From Ptychomitrium polyphyllum (lineage: Eukaryota), in NCBI GenBank assembly GCA_973851085.1, contig OZ316775.1:7440001-7504000 (forward strand): a DNA stretch of 64,000 nt, given 5' to 3'. Positions 60,313 to 64,000 of the stretch are shown here, one piece after another. Position 1 is the first letter of the stretch. The number at the start of each line of letters is the position of its first letter. The notes below the pieces were generated by a model. It was not told the origin of the DNA. It did not search any database and was given only the letters and a program-made list of their open reading frames with translations. A program made the position numbers and the translations under genes.

Positions 60313-63300
60313 TCATAGTTTGAGTTTCATGGCTTGTGCATATGTAACAACGGGGAGCTCAAATTTGAGCATTTTATCGCATTTGTTGTACTCTGCTAGC
60401 ACTCCTGCAGGTGAGACATAGAATTGCAGTTCCACCTGCATTTGTAACAAAATAAATATCAAATGTTGAAATTAGCGATGATGACACTATAAAAAGTTCC
60501 ATGAATGGCTGCAGATTTCAGGTCTGGTGAATGATGTTGCCTGCTGCACCTGTAAGGGACCATAAGCCTTGGTGTCGATGAAAATGCCAGTGCTTGTCAT
60601 GTATACATGCATGTCCTCCAAACCAATCTGCCACTCAGATCTTATAAATTAGCGGATTTCAAGGTTAAGGATATAACTATCTTGATTTCTAACAACTAAA
60701 AATGTCTGACAGTAGTTGACTATCTTAGACTAGGATAGCATATTTTGCAAAGCATATGTACGTGTTTTTCGTGATACTTACGAATTCTAAAGGAAAAGTC
60801 ACAATAATAACAATAGTGATTACTGGCTTGCCGATGTATTCAATTTGAACTTTTGGTGCTCGCAAGTTCTCATCTAGAGACTCTTGTGGAGCATTGTCTT
60901 GTTTCGATTCGTCACATTCAGAATTTTTCCCTTTCTTTTTCAGCTTCTTGAACTTAAATTTACCTGCAGTGGTCTTCTTTGGAGTAGTCTCAACGACCTC
61001 TTTAGAAACAGTGGGCGCTCTCAAATTCGTAGAAGATGTCTCCAGGTCTGGAACATGAGATTGAGCATTCAGGTCCGTTCCCAAAGGCGGAGAATCATTT
61101 AGGTCCTGGCCAAGAGCTGGAGTATTCAATTCACGAAATATTCCTGGTGGTAGCCATGGCTCTTCTAAGGAACTTTGTAAAGATGAGGACTCTTTCTGAG
61201 GGTAAGACCCAGTTAAGGTATTCAACTCCTACCTTGATCACTCTATCTGGAACCAAACATATTCTCTAGGAACATGTTCTCAAGACAATTGTTTCGTACG
61301 AAATTTTATGAAGTTCCGTTGCAATGATCCAAATTTATGTATTGACTGCAATATCTAGTGCACTGAAATCATCTGCGTATTCTGCGAAGTGATCGAAGGA
61401 AATCTTTACTTTGATTTTTATTGTACTTTCTTACAGTAAAGGATATAGTTTTCTCTTGTAATGTCGAGTTATCAACTGGCTCACATGATGCACTCAGTTC
61501 CGATGTTATGGACTCGACCCCTTCAGCCGTTTTGTTGAGCTGATTCTTGGATGTAATAACTTCAGTCATTTTGTCGTTAGCAGTTACATAATCCTGAGGA
61601 TGAAAGTTGGGTGTCCATTCTGGTAACTCAAGATGACAATCACGATTGACATCTTCATCGGACTTGCCATTCTGTTCAACCTCGTCGCTTGAAACACTTC
61701 TTCCCTTTTTGTCACGCACAAGCAGAGGAACTACGGGTTCCGCATCGTCATCATCATCTGAATACACAAACATGGGGAAACATAAGATGGATTTGACGAC
61801 CGAAGTAAATCGATGCATGAACCTCTTTTCTCATTGTTTCTCCTTTTCTAAAATGCCTGAATGAAAAGACCATGATCAAATAAAGAGTTGATACCAATAG
61901 TGTAGTGGTATTTAAGCTACTAGATCAATGATTGGACCTGTTGAGGTGATGGGAGGGAGTACCAGGAAGTTCAGTGATTATGGGCCCCTTCTTGGGATCG
62001 ACTCGAATGCGATGCTTGCCGACCTCCTTCCCTTTGTACTTTCTCTCGAGTATTTTGAAATCTGTGGCCATATTTGAGCATAGCAGTCACACAAAAGCCC
62101 TCAGCTAAAGCACTCTGCAAGTGAGCCGCCGTTCAAGGCAACTGCTTGTAATTGGGAGAATATCAGAACTGGAGATAGTTTCTTTAAGTCTAGTGATTGT
62201 GTACACTTGTGCCCCTTCTGTAATGCTGAGATACGTATGAGATGGACATGATGAAATTGATCTGATACAGATTGTTACCAGTGTTGAGCTGGGTCTTGTA
62301 TTTTTGGCCTAGCCATGTAAGTGCCATATCAATGAGGAAGACCTTGAGTGACTTCACAGCCATGGCTGATTCCACCACCGTGCGATTGTAACACACATCG
62401 TAAATCACATACGTGTTTCCTTCTGCATCACCAACATAGAATTTTGAAGCTGAGTACTGTTCGATTTGGAAGGCATGCGATCTCTCTTGCCGTGGCAAAA
62501 GAAAAACATCACCAGTGTACATGCATTATACAAATTCTGTTGCATCAGTAGGAAGTTGAAGGGAGCCTAACTCTTATCCATCTGTAAAATGGGGTCCAGA
62601 CAACTGCAAGGGAAGCGCACATCAGGACAATCCGGATCAGTACTTGGATTAAAATTCTGAAGCTTAGCCCTTAGTTCGTCAACTGTTTCTAGTGTTTCCT
62701 CGCCATAGTCTGGCGCTTCAATCTGATTCATGACAGATGGCTTAAGTGCTGAATTCTTTTCCAAAAATCTTATTAAAAGAACATTGGTTGCAGTATCAGT
62801 TCATGCAAGACAAAATGTTCGTATACTATTCAATACCAATTCGATGACATTGTGACAGATATGGCAAAACTCACTTATGCTGATGCTGGAATGAAACCTA
62901 ATCGCCAAAATGCAATGCAATTATCAGTCATAATACAAGCTATTACCTTATGGGAACCGCACATGTTTATGAAAACTTTCTGTTGCTTCTCATTCTTCGT
63001 CTTTAGCACAAAAAAAGGCTTAGGAATTATCTCATCGCTCGTGGGAGCAGGATCCGGCATTGTGGCGTGTGATGGAATCTTCAGACCTTCATCGACGGGG
63101 CAGTCCTTTGGACAGTCTGTTTGAAGGCTGTTTTGCATCGCTCCAAGTAGATGCTAACCCCCAAACATTTCAAATCACATTTATAAGTTTCTCTCATAGC
63201 TGCAATGCGTTAAATGAGGAGATTATCCAATTCAAGATTCAAAGACCTCAAATCAAGTGTACGATACATTAGTGGAGTAGAACGGACACATTCACATGGA

Positions 63301-63544
63301 GGTTTGGCCTAAAAGTCCATGTTCAAGATGGAACAAATAATAATAGGGTCGGCATCAGAAATGACAGGGTGGAGCTAGGAGATATAATATTCACATCGAG
63401 TTCAGGATTGGGTTGTCCAACTCCTTCAGCTCGGGCTTTCTGGTATGCCATAAGCATTTTCATTACACTCTCAACCTCAACATCCGATACCCCACCACCT
63501 GCAGGCTGACGATCGCGATATTGAATTTCTTGCTCCATAGTCAT
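60313..63544 (-). CDS. PIH1-domain protein with C-terminal CS-like domain (PIH1D1 / DNAAF2-Kintoun family); exons ~63544-63395, 63153-62947, 62722-62572, 62422-62279, 62061-61963, 61757-61435, 61228-60782, 60627-60550, 60435-60313
   Basis: IIPKPFFVLKTK...KVFINMCGSHKIEAP, VRFPCSC, DKKGNTYVIYDVCYN, FLIDMALTWLGQKY, FKILERKYKG are typical of PIH1-N. The C-terminal VELQFYVSP..VLAEYNKCDKMLKFELPV resembles the PIH1 CS domain. One acceptor (61228) is weak. Confidence 0.85.
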
Positions 63545-64000
63545 TTTTGGAGCAAAAAAATAAATGTCTCTTTTAAACTCCAAACAGCTCTCTAATGTCT
63601 GTCCCTGTGTGTTCAAGTAGCTGTTGTTAAGTATAAATGCATGACACGAAAAGACAAAGGCAACAACGTTTTTGGAGTCGAAGTTTATACTTAAGTACAG
63701 TCTAAAACAACAGTTAAATTAGATATGCATATCATGATCAAACGTAATGATTATGCACTTACCTACCCAAATTAGTTTATGAGGTCGAGCAGCTTATTAA
63801 ATTAGATAATGGTCAACTTGTAACAAGGAAGATCATCATTGTTAAGAATAGCAACCTGACAGATGGGTTGACTTACATGAGGCGGCAGATTGCCCACGGT
63901 TTCTTCAAGGCGTAATCCAACTCACATCGTTTTGGCAGCTCGTGTAATGTGATTGTGAGGAAGAACTTGACTCCAGCAATGTTCAATTTTCCTTTTGACA

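Noticed and set aside
1..64000. CRISPR arrays, prokaryotic operons or defence systems
   Set aside because: The sequence is intron-containing plant nuclear DNA, and no repeat-spacer arrays or bacterial-type gene clusters were seen.

Overview
Eukaryotic nuclear DNA from a land plant. A moss/bryophyte is the best guess from gene content and style, not proven. The window is gene-dense with spliceosomal introns and very AT-rich islands. Genes reconstructed by hand, in order: pectin methylesterase (+); MET1-like PDZ-only plastid protein (+); double-AP2 WRINKLED1/ANT-type transcription factor (-); plastid dihydrolipoamide dehydrogenase (-); a candidate small ORF; an NPH3-family pseudogene; a SCAPER-like gene (-); two divergent germin-like genes sharing an apparently identical 611-bp inverted block; a plastid membrane protein gene whose intron 2 holds a chloroplast DNA insert (atpE 3' end, hairpin, trnM); tRNA-Thr(CGT); an aldo-keto reductase with a probable GC-AG intron; and a PIH1/CS-domain gene (-). 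The most unusual structure is that intron 1 of the AP2 gene is almost entirely a copy of the PME gene's upstream region plus signal-peptide codons, ~10 kb away. The copy lies in sense orientation within the AP2 gene, keeps a 14-codon ORF, and shows a directional C>T/G>A (CHG-biased) mutation pattern. All coordinates and counts were made by eye; no searches were run.
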